Shown piece after piece: positions 15,740 through 24,201 of a stretch of 26,006 nt of DNA. Under the pieces are notes generated by a model, which searched no databases, was not told where the DNA came from, and saw only the letters and a program-made list of their open reading frames with translations. The stretch covers positions 1 to 26,006 of the IMG/VR virus record IMGVR_UViG_3300032295_000150; one strand, 5' to 3'. The stretch is from a virus. Taxonomy: Duplodnaviria; Caudoviricetes. The stretch's first letter is position 1, and each line of letters opens with the position of its first letter. A program made the position numbers and the translations under genes.

Positions 15740-18093
15740 TTTGCCTCCAATGCGGCAACTCTAGATCGAAGTGACTGGATTTCTTTAATAAGGATTGGCA
15801 CTAACTTGCTGTAGTCCACGCCCCACGTTTTTTCAATTTCTTCGCCATCGTCGCCTTCCGCAACTGCTTCTGGGACAACCTCATACAAATCTTGCGCTAC
15901 AGCGCCGTATCGAGTGTGCCCACCAACTTTCCAATCGTGCTTAACGATTTGGATGGCATCTACCAGTGCGCCAGCGTCATCAGCTGGGGCAATGTTTTCT
16001 TTCAGGCGACGATCAGAGGAAGTGTTGTAAGCCGTGGCGCTGCCGCTGGTTGTGATGGTTCCTACAAGCCCGTTTGGGTTGTAGTAATACCAATGTTCAA
16101 GCGAGCCAGTTCCGCCAGCAGCCGACATCCCAAACCCTTGGGTTGCTGTTTTGCCAAGACGAACTCCGACAACGGTTGAACTAGGGTTAGCTGTGCATCC
16201 AAATAAAAAATCACCGCCAGCCGTCACACGCATACGCTCGGTGTTGTTGGTGCGGGTCACATACGCTACGTTGTCAACGGTGCCATTGATTCCGGTAGAG
16301 CCGTCGTTTCCGATGATAGCTTGACCAACTCCTACGCTTGCCGCCCCGATTATTGCGTATCCCGGCGTATAAAATGATTCGTCATATCTTGGCGTTGTTA
16401 CTCCAACGAGCAATTTTCCGGCGGAAGTAACACGCATACGCTCTGACGGAGTAGGCGTGGCAGAGCCTGTTGACGTATAAAACGCCATTGCAGCGCCATA
16501 ACTGCCGGAATCATCAACTTCAAGAATTCCGCTTCCCCAATATCCATTGGTATGTTCAAACATGGAGAAGCCAATACCAGAGTGGTAAGTGCCACCGCCA
16601 CCATATCCTTTAAGAACAACTTGCGGGGTTTGCCGTAATGACGGACTTGCGCCCGATGATCCTTGTTGTACTTCAAATTTAAATGATGGCGACGCGCCAA
16701 TGCCGACGTTGCCGGTAGAACCTATAACTAGAGCATCGTCATAAGCACCAGCATTGATTTTAAATGGATAGCGGGTGTTTGTTCTATCCAGCAAAAATAA
16801 TCCATTGCTGTCAGTCGCAATTTGATAATTTTTATTTCCTGACGCGCCAACATTTATGTTTCCTGCGACGTCTAACTTTGTCCCCGGCGACGCAGTACCA
16901 ATGCCGACGCTACCGTCTGTCGCGATACGCATCAACTCGCTATCTGCGCTAGTCGCCCACCTAAAGTTTGCCTGCACAGGAGATGCCTGCTTGGCGCGGA
17001 AAATCATTCCCCAGTTTGCGTCTGAATAAATTGACCCAGCGGCGTAGGTTCCACCAGTACCGACGTTCAGCGATTCGGACGCGCGGATTGATCCTGTAAC
17101 GTCTAACTTCGTTCCCGGCGACGCAGTACCAATGCCGACGTTGCCGGAGGAGTCAAGCACCATTGCGCCAGTTCCAGCCGTTGCGCCAGACGAAAATCGC
17201 ATTGTGGTTGTAGTTGGATTATCAATCCAAAACCACGATCCTCCAGCACCGGCAATTCTAATAGCATTAGCGCCGCTTGATCCGCTAAATGATGCCGTGC
17301 CGCCCTGCACATCAAATCGATACGATGGGGTTCCACCAACGCCAAGATTCCCCGACGCATCCAGCCTCATACGCTCGCTGCCGCCGGTATGAAAGGTCAT
17401 CGGAACATAAGTGCCGGTGCCTGTAATATCTGAACGAATTTGCGAATCGTTTGTAGAATTTTGCAGCAGTCGGACAAATGGGGCATTTGTTGGATCATTA
17501 TTGCCAAAGCAATTGATTGATGATGTTGTGCCGGTTCCATTAGGAATCAATCCAACAAAAGTCGTCGCGTTAGCAACGCTTCCTTGAAACATCAGCCGAT
17601 TGCTTACCGTTGCATTGCTGAAATCGCCCGTGATGCGCTGGCCGGTGGACGAGAAGGTGAGGTTGCCGGTAGAGACGGTTGCAGAAGTAAACGTACCAGC
17701 AGCAGCCGTAGAGCCGCCAATGGTCGTGCCATTCACAGAGCCGCCAGTGATGGAGACGTTGTTGGCATTCTGTGTGGACATCGTGCCAAGGCCACTCACT
17801 GCGGTGTTGGCGATTGCGATGTTGGTATTGGAGGCGGCAGTCAGTCTGCCTTGCGCGTCCACCGTAAACGTGCCGACAGCAGAAGCGCTGCCATAACTAC
17901 CCGGCGTCACCGACGTGTTGGCGAGCGAGATCGTGCGATTAGCGGACAAGTCACCGCCACCGCTCAAGCCTGTGCCAGCGGTGATCGTGGTCGATTCTTC
18001 GACCTTGTCATTGTTGAGGTTATTGAAGTTCGCATCGACCTCGTTATGGGTCAACGGCGAACCTTTACCTGCACGGGTGACGATCGTCGACAT
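15736..18093 (-). CDS. Long tail fibre with C-terminal peptidase S74 intramolecular chaperone, 785 aa
   Basis: KGSPLTHNEVDANF N-terminus; repeated ERMR...GNVGIGTxSP modules; SSDRRLKENI...AVAQDL...VDYSKLVPILIKEIQSL. Confidence 0.9.
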   Translation of the reverse strand: MSTIVTRAGKGSPLTHNEVDANFNNLNNDKVEESTTITAGTGLSGGGDLSANRTISLANTSVTPGSYGSASAVGTFTVDAQGRLTAASNTNIAIANTAVSGLGTMSTQNANNVSITGGSVNGTTIGGSTAAAGTFTSATVSTGNLTFSSTGQRITGDFSNATVSNRLMFQGSVANATTFVGLIPNGTGTTSSINCFGNNDPTNAPFVRLLQNSTNDSQIRSDITGTGTYVPMTFHTGGSERMRLDASGNLGVGGTPSYRFDVQGGTASFSGSSGANAIRIAGAGGSWFWIDNPTTTTMRFSSGATAGTGAMVLDSSGNVGIGTASPGTKLDVTGSIRASESLNVGTGGTYAAGSIYSDANWGMIFRAKQASPVQANFRWATSADSELMRIATDGSVGIGTASPGTKLDVAGNINVGASGNKNYQIATDSNGLFLLDRTNTRYPFKINAGAYDDALVIGSTGNVGIGASPSFKFEVQQGSSGASPSLRQTPQVVLKGYGGGGTYHSGIGFSMFEHTNGYWGSGILEVDDSGSYGAAMAFYTSTGSATPTPSERMRVTSAGKLLVGVTTPRYDESFYTPGYAIIGAASVGVGQAIIGNDGSTGINGTVDNVAYVTRTNNTERMRVTAGGDFLFGCTANPSSTVVGVRLGKTATQGFGMSAAGGTGSLEHWYYYNPNGLVGTITTSGSATAYNTSSDRRLKENIAPADDAGALVDAIQIVKHDWKVGGHTRYGAVAQDLYEVVPEAVAEGDDGEEIEKTWGVDYSKLVPILIKEIQSLRSRVAALEAK
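16868..17140. repeat. Pair of 42-bp direct repeats inside the tail fibre gene (16868-16909 and 17099-17140)
   Basis: acgtctaactt(t/c)gt(c/t)cccggcgacgcagtaccaatgccgacg, 40 of 42 identical. Confidence 0.9.
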
Positions 18094-18104
18094 GAAATCC
18101 CCTA

Positions 18105-18488
18105 TCAGGCCAAGGTGATGTCAAGGTCACCGTTCTCGACGCGGAACACGTCGCCCGATGCAATCGCCTTTGAGGCGGTCAGCGCGCCATGCGCCAGTAG
18201 GTTGCCGCTCGTCAGTTGGTCGAGGATACCAACGTGCGTAATGGTACCCCAGCTCGAGCCAGCAACAGGGAACTCGACGGCAGCGTTATTGCTCGCCGTA
18301 TCAGTCACCACCGTGAAGGCAATCGTCTGGCGAGCGTATGCCGTGCCAGAGCACTCGGTGCCAGTGTTACCGTCGCCGGGGTCAGAGGTGTAGAGCGCCA
18401 GATACAAAGTTGTTGGCGCCGTGTACGAAGTGCCGCCAAAGACGTGCAGCAATACCTTGTTCTCGAGATAGTTGGAAAATGCACTCAC
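18105..18488 (-). CDS. Virion structural protein, 127 aa (tail-associated)
   Basis: FSNYLENKVL, YLALYTSDP, YARQ and WGTITHVGILD...GNLL motifs of a widespread phage tail-associated protein. Confidence 0.75.
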   Translation of the reverse strand: MSAFSNYLENKVLLHVFGGTSYTAPTTLYLALYTSDPGDGNTGTECSGTAYARQTIAFTVVTDTASNNAAVEFPVAGSSWGTITHVGILDQLTSGNLLAHGALTASKAIASGDVFRVENGDLDITLA

Positions 18489-19117
18489 GGGATCACCCTT
18501 GTCGGTTTGACAGTCATTGCCAATCGGCCCCCACTAAATGAGGCACGCTGGTCTTGCACGATCATCTCCTCGATGGCCTTCTCGTACAGCGAACCCCACA
18601 CCGCAATGCGCTCATCGTCGCGCAGGTAGGGAGCCGCTTGCAGCAGCGAGCCATAGAGGTACACGTCAGGAAACTGCGTCAGCAGCCAGTTGGATGTGAC
18701 AGAGTCCGAGAGCTTCTCGAGCTTCGCCACATACGTCAGCTCGCCGGTGTATCCGGTATCCGGCGCCGGCAGCACTTCAAACTGACCGCCGACTGCCGAG
18801 AAATACTGCGGCTTGCCGGTGGTCGTGTAGATCCACTTCTTGGCGTCCATCTCGTCCTGCGAGATAAACACCAGCGGCTGCGCCGGAGAGGTTGAGGTTA
18901 AGATCAGAGACTTTGCCGAGATAAAGTCCGAAGGCACCGCAAAGAATGCCGTGTCAACTGTGGCAGTCGCACGCTTCACCAGCTTCTGGATCGGAATGCG
19001 GCGCTCGATCTGCGCTTCGGCCAGCGCAATGAAATCAGGGATGACCGCAGTGAGATCATCCCTGTTCAGCCAGTCGGCAATCGAAGTTCTCAGTGCGCTG
19101 TATGTGTTAAGAGCCAT
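18485..19117 (-). CDS. Head-tail adaptor (tail tubular protein A-like)
   Basis: YSALRTSIADWLNRDDL, IPDFIALAE and NWLL...PDVYLYGSLLQAAPYLRDDERI motifs; located after the capsid gene. Confidence 0.8.
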   Translation of the reverse strand: MALNTYSALRTSIADWLNRDDLTAVIPDFIALAEAQIERRIPIQKLVKRATATVDTAFFAVPSDFISAKSLILTSTSPAQPLVFISQDEMDAKKWIYTTTGKPQYFSAVGGQFEVLPAPDTGYTGELTYVAKLEKLSDSVTSNWLLTQFPDVYLYGSLLQAAPYLRDDERIAVWGSLYEKAIEEMIVQDQRASFSGGRLAMTVKPTRVIP

Positions 19118-19760
19118 TCTGTTGCTCGTCCTTTACTGCCCATGCGCCCTGTAGTGAGTATTCAAAGGTGCCGATGTGTTTGACCTCTTGCGATAGCGCG
19201 TGGTCAATCAGCACCTCGTACCCTGCCTCTCTTGCCTTGCGACAAAAGAACACGTCTTCACCAATGTAGTGGCCGCCAACCGTGCTGTATGGAATCGCGA
19301 ACCACGGTTGCTCGAGCTTCTCGAACACCTCGCGCTTGACCATCATCACACCCATGCCGACATAGTCGACTGGTTGCAGCCCCTCTTGCCCCGGCTCGGT
19401 GTAGACCCTGCCGACGCCCTTCTCTCCGCCGTCCATCATCGCCACCGGCTTCACCGGCATCCGTCTCGTGGCGTAGTTTGCCGAGACGATGTCCTTGTCG
19501 AGATCCATCATGTATCCGATGGTCTCCTTCGGGAACCGCATGTCGGAGTCCAGCCACAGGAGAAAGTCCACCTTCTCCTCTAGCGCCTGCCGCGCAAGTT
19601 CCGTTCTCTGGGAGGCGATCAGCGTGCCGTGTGAGGTATAAAGAATCACACGGTCGTCTGTTGTCGCGGTGTGGTATGACATGGCTCGGGCCAAGTCATA
19701 CGCAAATGAGGTCATCACAGTGTCCCGCGCTGGCACTAGGATGGCGACTGAGCGACTCAT
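19107..19760 (-). CDS. Glycosyltransferase, GT-A/GT2-like, 217 aa
   Basis: VAILVP, LLWLDSD (DxD), GMGVMMVKREVF, GEDVFFC and KHIG motifs; ATG at 19760 overlaps the upstream stop. Confidence 0.85.
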   Translation of the reverse strand: MSRSVAILVPARDTVMTSFAYDLARAMSYHTATTDDRVILYTSHGTLIASQRTELARQALEEKVDFLLWLDSDMRFPKETIGYMMDLDKDIVSANYATRRMPVKPVAMMDGGEKGVGRVYTEPGQEGLQPVDYVGMGVMMVKREVFEKLEQPWFAIPYSTVGGHYIGEDVFFCRKAREAGYEVLIDHALSQEVKHIGTFEYSLQGAWAVKDEQQNGS

Positions 19761-20077
19761 ACGCGCCCCGGCCGAGTGCGGAACAGTTGGTTGTCTCGAT
19801 CGTTCAACCAAGCCTTCATCTTCTTCGGATCGTCGATGATGCCTTGGTTCTTGAGACGGTAGAAGAGCGCCATCGGAATCGAGGCTACCTTGCTCCACTC
19901 GCCCCATCTGGTGCGCTCGTCCGTGTTATTGAACTGCGCCTTGTTCTGCTCAATGATGTCGCCAACTTCAAAGACCGTTTCAATCTTTGCTTCGTCTTTG
20001 TCGGCGTCGTAATGCCACCACTTGGTGGTGCCCGTCATCGGGTCGTAATCGAATAACCGTTTGCCGGTAGAGTTCAT
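19757..20077 (-). CDS. Conserved phage protein following the major capsid gene, 106 aa
   Basis: GAGG SD; KVASIP...WLND.DN..FRT motif. Confidence 0.75.
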   Translation of the reverse strand: MNSTGKRLFDYDPMTGTTKWWHYDADKDEAKIETVFEVGDIIEQNKAQFNNTDERTRWGEWSKVASIPMALFYRLKNQGIIDDPKKMKAWLNDRDNQLFRTRPGRV

Positions 20078-20092
20078 GCGATCCTCAACCTA

Positions 20093-20120
20093 GGGGTGCC
20101 GGCAAAATTACCGGCACCCC
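20093..20120 (-). terminator. GC-rich hairpin after the major capsid gene (weak terminator or 3' stabilising stem)
   Basis: GGGGTGCCGG-N8-CCGGCACCCC perfect 10-bp stem; no U-tract on the coding strand. Confidence 0.55.
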
Positions 20121-20139
20121 CAAGTTTACATCATCATGA

Positions 20140-21120
20140 TCAGGTCGTGGTCAAGTCAGCCGCGAGACCATGAGCGGCCTCGGTGTTGACCTTCAAGCCC
20201 CACTCCACAAGGATCATGCGCTTCTCGGCGTCGCCAGTCTTGGCAAGTTCCACCGTCTGGAACGGACGCAGGAAGGCGACGCTGGCGTACTCAGGATCAA
20301 GCACGAAGGCGTCACGCTCACGCTGGAAGCGATTCGGGACAACAGACACGGCACCGAAGTCCGAGACGTACACATCGGCCGCGCCGATGATCACGCCCGG
20401 CTTGTTGCCCGTGACTTCGCGACGGATCTCCGCGATACCCGCGAAGGCCGAGACGCGCTGCTTGTTGACCGGGCCAACCATCAGCACCTTCGGCGTACCG
20501 CCAGATGTCCACACCTTCTGGATCACGCTCTTCAGGATCGCTTCCGTGAAGGTGCGCTGATCAGCGGCGAGGGCGTCCGTGCGGGTCGCATTCGGCTGCG
20601 TGGTGTAAGACGGGTCAGCACCGCTCGTGCCCTTGTCCGTGTTCGTCTTCAAGAAGGCGAGCAACGAACCAGTCTTGCGGATAGCGGTCGAGACGCCAGC
20701 CGAGCCACCAGAGGAGGCCTGGTTGGTGAGCATGATGCTCTCCATGTCACGCTTCAACTCGGCAGAGCGCTTCGCGAGCTGGTAGGCCAACTCCGAGCGA
20801 CGGCCGGCCTTGTCCACCGACTCGAGCGTGCCCGAGAGGATGAGCGTCTTGCGGCTGACCTGCGTGTAGTTGCCGAGGCGAACCGTGGCCGAAGTCGAGT
20901 CGTAGGCCGAAACATCGTCACCTTCGATCTGCGCGTTGGTCGTTGACGCAGCGGCGAGCGAGTCCGTCTGCCACTCGAAGAACGTGTTCTTGACGCTCTC
21001 GCGGCCGATGTTCGACATGAACGGGGTCTCTTCGGGCGAGATGTTGTAGATCACGTTCGAGAGAGATTCACGGATACCCTTTGCGTTAAAGGTATCGAAA
21101 GTATTACTAGTCTGGGACAT
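20140..21120 (-). CDS. Major capsid protein (SU10/DUF5309-type, HK97 fold)
   Basis: GIRESLSNVIYNISPEETPF, EWQTDSL, GNYTQ, ELKRDME, YVSDFG and LAKTGDA motifs; GAGGT SD; strongly GC3-biased codons. Confidence 0.93.
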   Translation of the reverse strand: MSQTSNTFDTFNAKGIRESLSNVIYNISPEETPFMSNIGRESVKNTFFEWQTDSLAAASTTNAQIEGDDVSAYDSTSATVRLGNYTQVSRKTLILSGTLESVDKAGRRSELAYQLAKRSAELKRDMESIMLTNQASSGGSAGVSTAIRKTGSLLAFLKTNTDKGTSGADPSYTTQPNATRTDALAADQRTFTEAILKSVIQKVWTSGGTPKVLMVGPVNKQRVSAFAGIAEIRREVTGNKPGVIIGAADVYVSDFGAVSVVPNRFQRERDAFVLDPEYASVAFLRPFQTVELAKTGDAEKRMILVEWGLKVNTEAAHGLAADLTTT

Positions 21121-21131
21121 TTCCTGTTACC

Positions 21132-22106
21132 TCAATCCAAAAATTGTTCAAAGATAGCAGCAGCGTCTTTAGTGCTGCCGGTTCGTTGGAGTTTGGAAAG
21201 AGCCTCGCGAGATCGCACTGACTTGGTAGTGACAGGCACCGTTACACCAGCTTTCATCGGCTTGGCCTTCTGCTGAATCTTCGGGCGAAGATTCTGCTGT
21301 CTTGCCATCACCTCGTCGTAAAGCATGGCCTTACGCAGTGCCAGTACAGCGCGAGCGTCGTACAGGTCAGAGATCTCATCGGCCGTGAAGCCTAGGTTCT
21401 CCGTCGCATAACTGACGATCTTCGCCTTCTCGGCGCGAGCTTTCTCTTTGTCGCGCCACTCTGGCAGTGCCTCGAACAACTTGGAGCGTTCAACCTCTAG
21501 GGTCTTCTCCGCCTCTTGTTGTTCCTCGATTGCTTGCTTTTGGGCCAGAGCACGGCGCTGGTTTTCTACCCAGCCCTGCTGCTCCTGCCGTGTGCGAACT
21601 AGTTCACGCTGCCGTACCCATTCGACGGGATTCTCTTGGTAGAGCCTGTCCCAGTCGATCTCCGGCGGTTGCGCTGATCGTAGTTGCGCGTCAAGCACCT
21701 CGAGCGTCTGTGCATACCGCTTTCGCTCTTCCCGCGCCATCGCAAGCTCTGCCTCGGCCGCTTTGCGTGCCTCGGACACCACTTGCGTTTTGCGCGTGTA
21801 GTCTGCGGTGCGAGAGTAGCCTTTCAGCAGCTCGTCCAGCGGCACATCGACTTCTTCCCCGTCAACCTTGACGCGGAATGTCTTGGACGCTGTTGGAGCC
21901 TCTTCGGCTTCCTCATCGCCTTCTGGTTCCTCTACAGCTTCACTCTCGACCTCTTCGGTCTCGACCTCAACTGCATCCTCACCCTCGTCCGTTGCTTCGG
22001 TTTCAAGCTGCTCGGTTTCGCCTTCTTCAGCGGCGAGCATCTGCTCAAAAACATCCTGCGTGGACTGTATATTTCCGGGGGGTGTACCCGTGCCGGTTTC
22101 ACTCAT
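21132..22106 (-). CDS. Capsid scaffolding protein
   Basis: Acidic N-terminus, VKVDGEE..V.LDEL.KGY...ADYTRKTQ motif and coiled coil; directly upstream of the capsid gene. Confidence 0.88.
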   Translation of the reverse strand: MSETGTGTPPGNIQSTQDVFEQMLAAEEGETEQLETEATDEGEDAVEVETEEVESEAVEEPEGDEEAEEAPTASKTFRVKVDGEEVDVPLDELLKGYSRTADYTRKTQVVSEARKAAEAELAMAREERKRYAQTLEVLDAQLRSAQPPEIDWDRLYQENPVEWVRQRELVRTRQEQQGWVENQRRALAQKQAIEEQQEAEKTLEVERSKLFEALPEWRDKEKARAEKAKIVSYATENLGFTADEISDLYDARAVLALRKAMLYDEVMARQQNLRPKIQQKAKPMKAGVTVPVTTKSVRSREALSKLQRTGSTKDAAAIFEQFLD

Positions 22107-22130
22107 AACTCTATTTTGCGGGATTCAAGG

Positions 22131-22400
22131 CTACCTGCGACCTGCTATGCGGTCTATTTCTCGCCTTGCGATTGAGCCATTCTCGATGACGACTCGCAGG
22201 TGCTTGCGCACCTCTTCCAATACTTGCAGCGCCAGCCACAATCGCTCGCGCTCTTCTAGGTCTGGCAGCTTGCTGCTGCGCCATGCGGCGAGATATTCGC
22301 GCTCCATCAACTCGAGCGCCTCGACCAGAATCGGATTCTCGATCAGCTCCTTGGCCTGAAGTGCTCGCTGCACATCAAGATGCGGGTTGCGATCGCTCAA
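22131..22400 (-). CDS. Small helical head-module protein, 89 aa
   Basis: TTG start overlaps the upstream TGA; LIENP...ERERLWL motif typical of the small gene preceding scaffold genes. Confidence 0.75.
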   Translation of the reverse strand: MSDRNPHLDVQRALQAKELIENPILVEALELMEREYLAAWRSSKLPDLEERERLWLALQVLEEVRKHLRVVIENGSIARREIDRIAGRR

Positions 22401-22576
22401 GCCAGAAGCCCACCCTTCGGCTTGCTCTTCATGGCCTTCTTCAAGAGCTTGCCGCCCTTGTCAGCCTTGTTGAACTCCTTGGCGACCTTCATCGGTACAC
22501 CAACCTTCTTTGCGAAGCTTTTATCGTGGGCGGCTGCGGCCATAAGGCGAGCCTGTTTCATGGATTTGCTGGGCAT
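22397..22576 (-). CDS. Small Lys-rich protein, 59 aa
   Basis: MPSKSMKQARLMAAAAHDKSFAKKVGVPMKVAKEFNKADKGGKLLKKAMKSKPKGGLLA; GGAGG SD and TAATG coupling; below the ORF track cutoff. Confidence 0.8.
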   Translation of the reverse strand: MPSKSMKQARLMAAAAHDKSFAKKVGVPMKVAKEFNKADKGGKLLKKAMKSKPKGGLLA

Positions 22577-24201
22577 TATTCCTCCAATAAACCTTTCTGG
22601 CCTCTCTGGCTTTTTGGCGTTGCAGCCGTAACATCAAGCCGTCTGTTTACTTCAGCAAGTCTACTCTCAAGATCTGCACTTTTACGAATATCGCCGACGT
22701 TAAATGATGGAGGGTTGGTTTCAAGAGCGGCAAGTTGCCGCCCATATCCTGCCTCTTCAAGCAATCGCCGGTATTTTGGGTCTTTTGTCAGCAGCGTTGC
22801 AAAGTCTGCAACACCTCGAATCTTTTCATCGCTAATGACGCCACTGGCGACTAAGTCGCTAATCGTGACATCCTGCCCGCTCTTCAAAAGTTTTTGGCGC
22901 TCTTCAACTGCTGGCTTAACGTAAGACCAAACTGTCTCCTGCACCTCTGCCGGAGTCCATTTTCTGCCGGTTGCTTCTTCAAGCACCTTTGCCGCTTGCC
23001 GAGCGACAACATTGGCCGCGTAATAACCTGGCCCCTTCATTCCGAGCTTTTCACCGGATGCGGCCTTTCGTGCTGCTCCAGCAAATAGCTGTTGCATCAC
23101 TCCGTATGCGTTCGCCATCCATGTGTCATTGGTAACTTCTGCCATGTCTCCAAGAAGGTTTCTCATAAAAGAGTCAACCTTCGGGCCAGAAAGAATCAAC
23201 CCTTCTGGGTCTGGCGTGGTCAGCGATCGCACGCTGTTGTTCGTCCAAGCATCAAGCACTGACGCTCTGCGAACTAATTCTGCGTTTTGCGGAGACGCAT
23301 CAGAGAATGCCTGTATGCGCTTCAGCATTCCGCTTTTTGTCTTGGCTTTAATGCCAAGGCGACTGCCGAGTGATTCAAGCTGTGAAAGGCTGCGATCGCT
23401 TAATGGAGACTGCTGTACGCTTTCTCCCATGATTCTAATGATTGAATCTCTGTCTTCAGGCCGCCCCGCTGCATTCCAGTTCTTCCAGACGCTCAGTGCG
23501 TTTTGCAGGTTGGACTCGACGCTTGTCTGCGGCGACAAAGAAGAGAGGAGAGCGGTAAACCTTGGCGCATCCTCTCCAAATACGGTCTTAATTGCATCTC
23601 CGCTAGTGGCATACCAGCCCAGCTTTGCGCGGCCAGCGTAGGCCATCGCCGCAGTATCCTGCGGGTTCATGGTCGGCGTGTCTTGCAGTAGGCCGCCAGT
23701 CTTCTGCGCACTCTTTGGCGAGATTTCTTGGAACTCTCGCTCAGTGAGGAACTCTCTTAGCGTTCCATATAGCTGCGGATTGCTCTGCTTCAGAGCTTCA
23801 GCCTCTTGCTCCGTAAGTCGAAGCATCTGACCGCTGGGCGCTCTAAACATGCGAGCCGGGTTCAGGAATGACGGCAAGTATTCGCCGGCAGCTTGTGGGC
23901 TTTGCAGCGCCTCTGAGGCTCGCTGCATTTCCGTCTGGGCCATTTGCGTCAGCATTCCGCGCGGATCGTTTGCGAATGCGCGGCCGACATTGTATGCGCC
24001 GAGCAGTCCGCTGCGAACGGTTCCGGTCGGATCTTGAACAAAGCGCTGGCCTAGGTCGATCGCTCCGGTCGCTAGATTGCGGCCAAAGTTATAGACGCCC
24101 TGCCCAAACTCGCCAACAGCGGGAGCGCCAGCAATAGCCTCCTCAATAGCTTGCGATTCTGGGTCAAGCAGGCTGCGCCTGCGCGCTCTCATTTCAGCCA
24201 T
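22576..24201 (-). CDS. 541-aa protein with putative HhH-GPD DNA glycosylase-like domain
   Basis: GWY...LLSSLSPQTSVESN...LSGPKVDSFMRNLLGDMAEVTNDTWM...TPAEVQETVW. The GxK and VxxDxW/H spacing parallels the catalytic Lys/Asp of EndoIII/Ogg-type enzymes. Confidence 0.65.
   Translation of the reverse strand: MAEMRARRRSLLDPESQAIEEAIAGAPAVGEFGQGVYNFGRNLATGAIDLGQRFVQDPTGTVRSGLLGAYNVGRAFANDPRGMLTQMAQTEMQRASEALQSPQAAGEYLPSFLNPARMFRAPSGQMLRLTEQEAEALKQSNPQLYGTLREFLTEREFQEISPKSAQKTGGLLQDTPTMNPQDTAAMAYAGRAKLGWYATSGDAIKTVFGEDAPRFTALLSSLSPQTSVESNLQNALSVWKNWNAAGRPEDRDSIIRIMGESVQQSPLSDRSLSQLESLGSRLGIKAKTKSGMLKRIQAFSDASPQNAELVRRASVLDAWTNNSVRSLTTPDPEGLILSGPKVDSFMRNLLGDMAEVTNDTWMANAYGVMQQLFAGAARKAASGEKLGMKGPGYYAANVVARQAAKVLEEATGRKWTPAEVQETVWSYVKPAVEERQKLLKSGQDVTISDLVASGVISDEKIRGVADFATLLTKDPKYRRLLEEAGYGRQLAALETNPPSFNVGDIRKSADLESRLAEVNRRLDVTAATPKSQRGQKGLLEE

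Noticed and set aside
15736-18093. Diversity-generating retroelement or invertase shufflon acting on the fibre
   Set aside because: No reverse transcriptase or recombinase is in the window, the repeats are direct, and the mismatches do not form an adenine-specific TR/VR pair.
19761-19907. ORF-track N-terminal extensions (19907, also 468, 1896, 2818, 4768, 24765)
   Set aside because: They overlap neighbouring genes extensively. Downstream ATGs with an SD or stop-start coupling fit better.
20125-20142. Programmed readthrough or frameshift extending the major capsid protein
   Set aside because: In-frame stops follow immediately (TGA TCA TGA TGA) and I see no slippery sequence.
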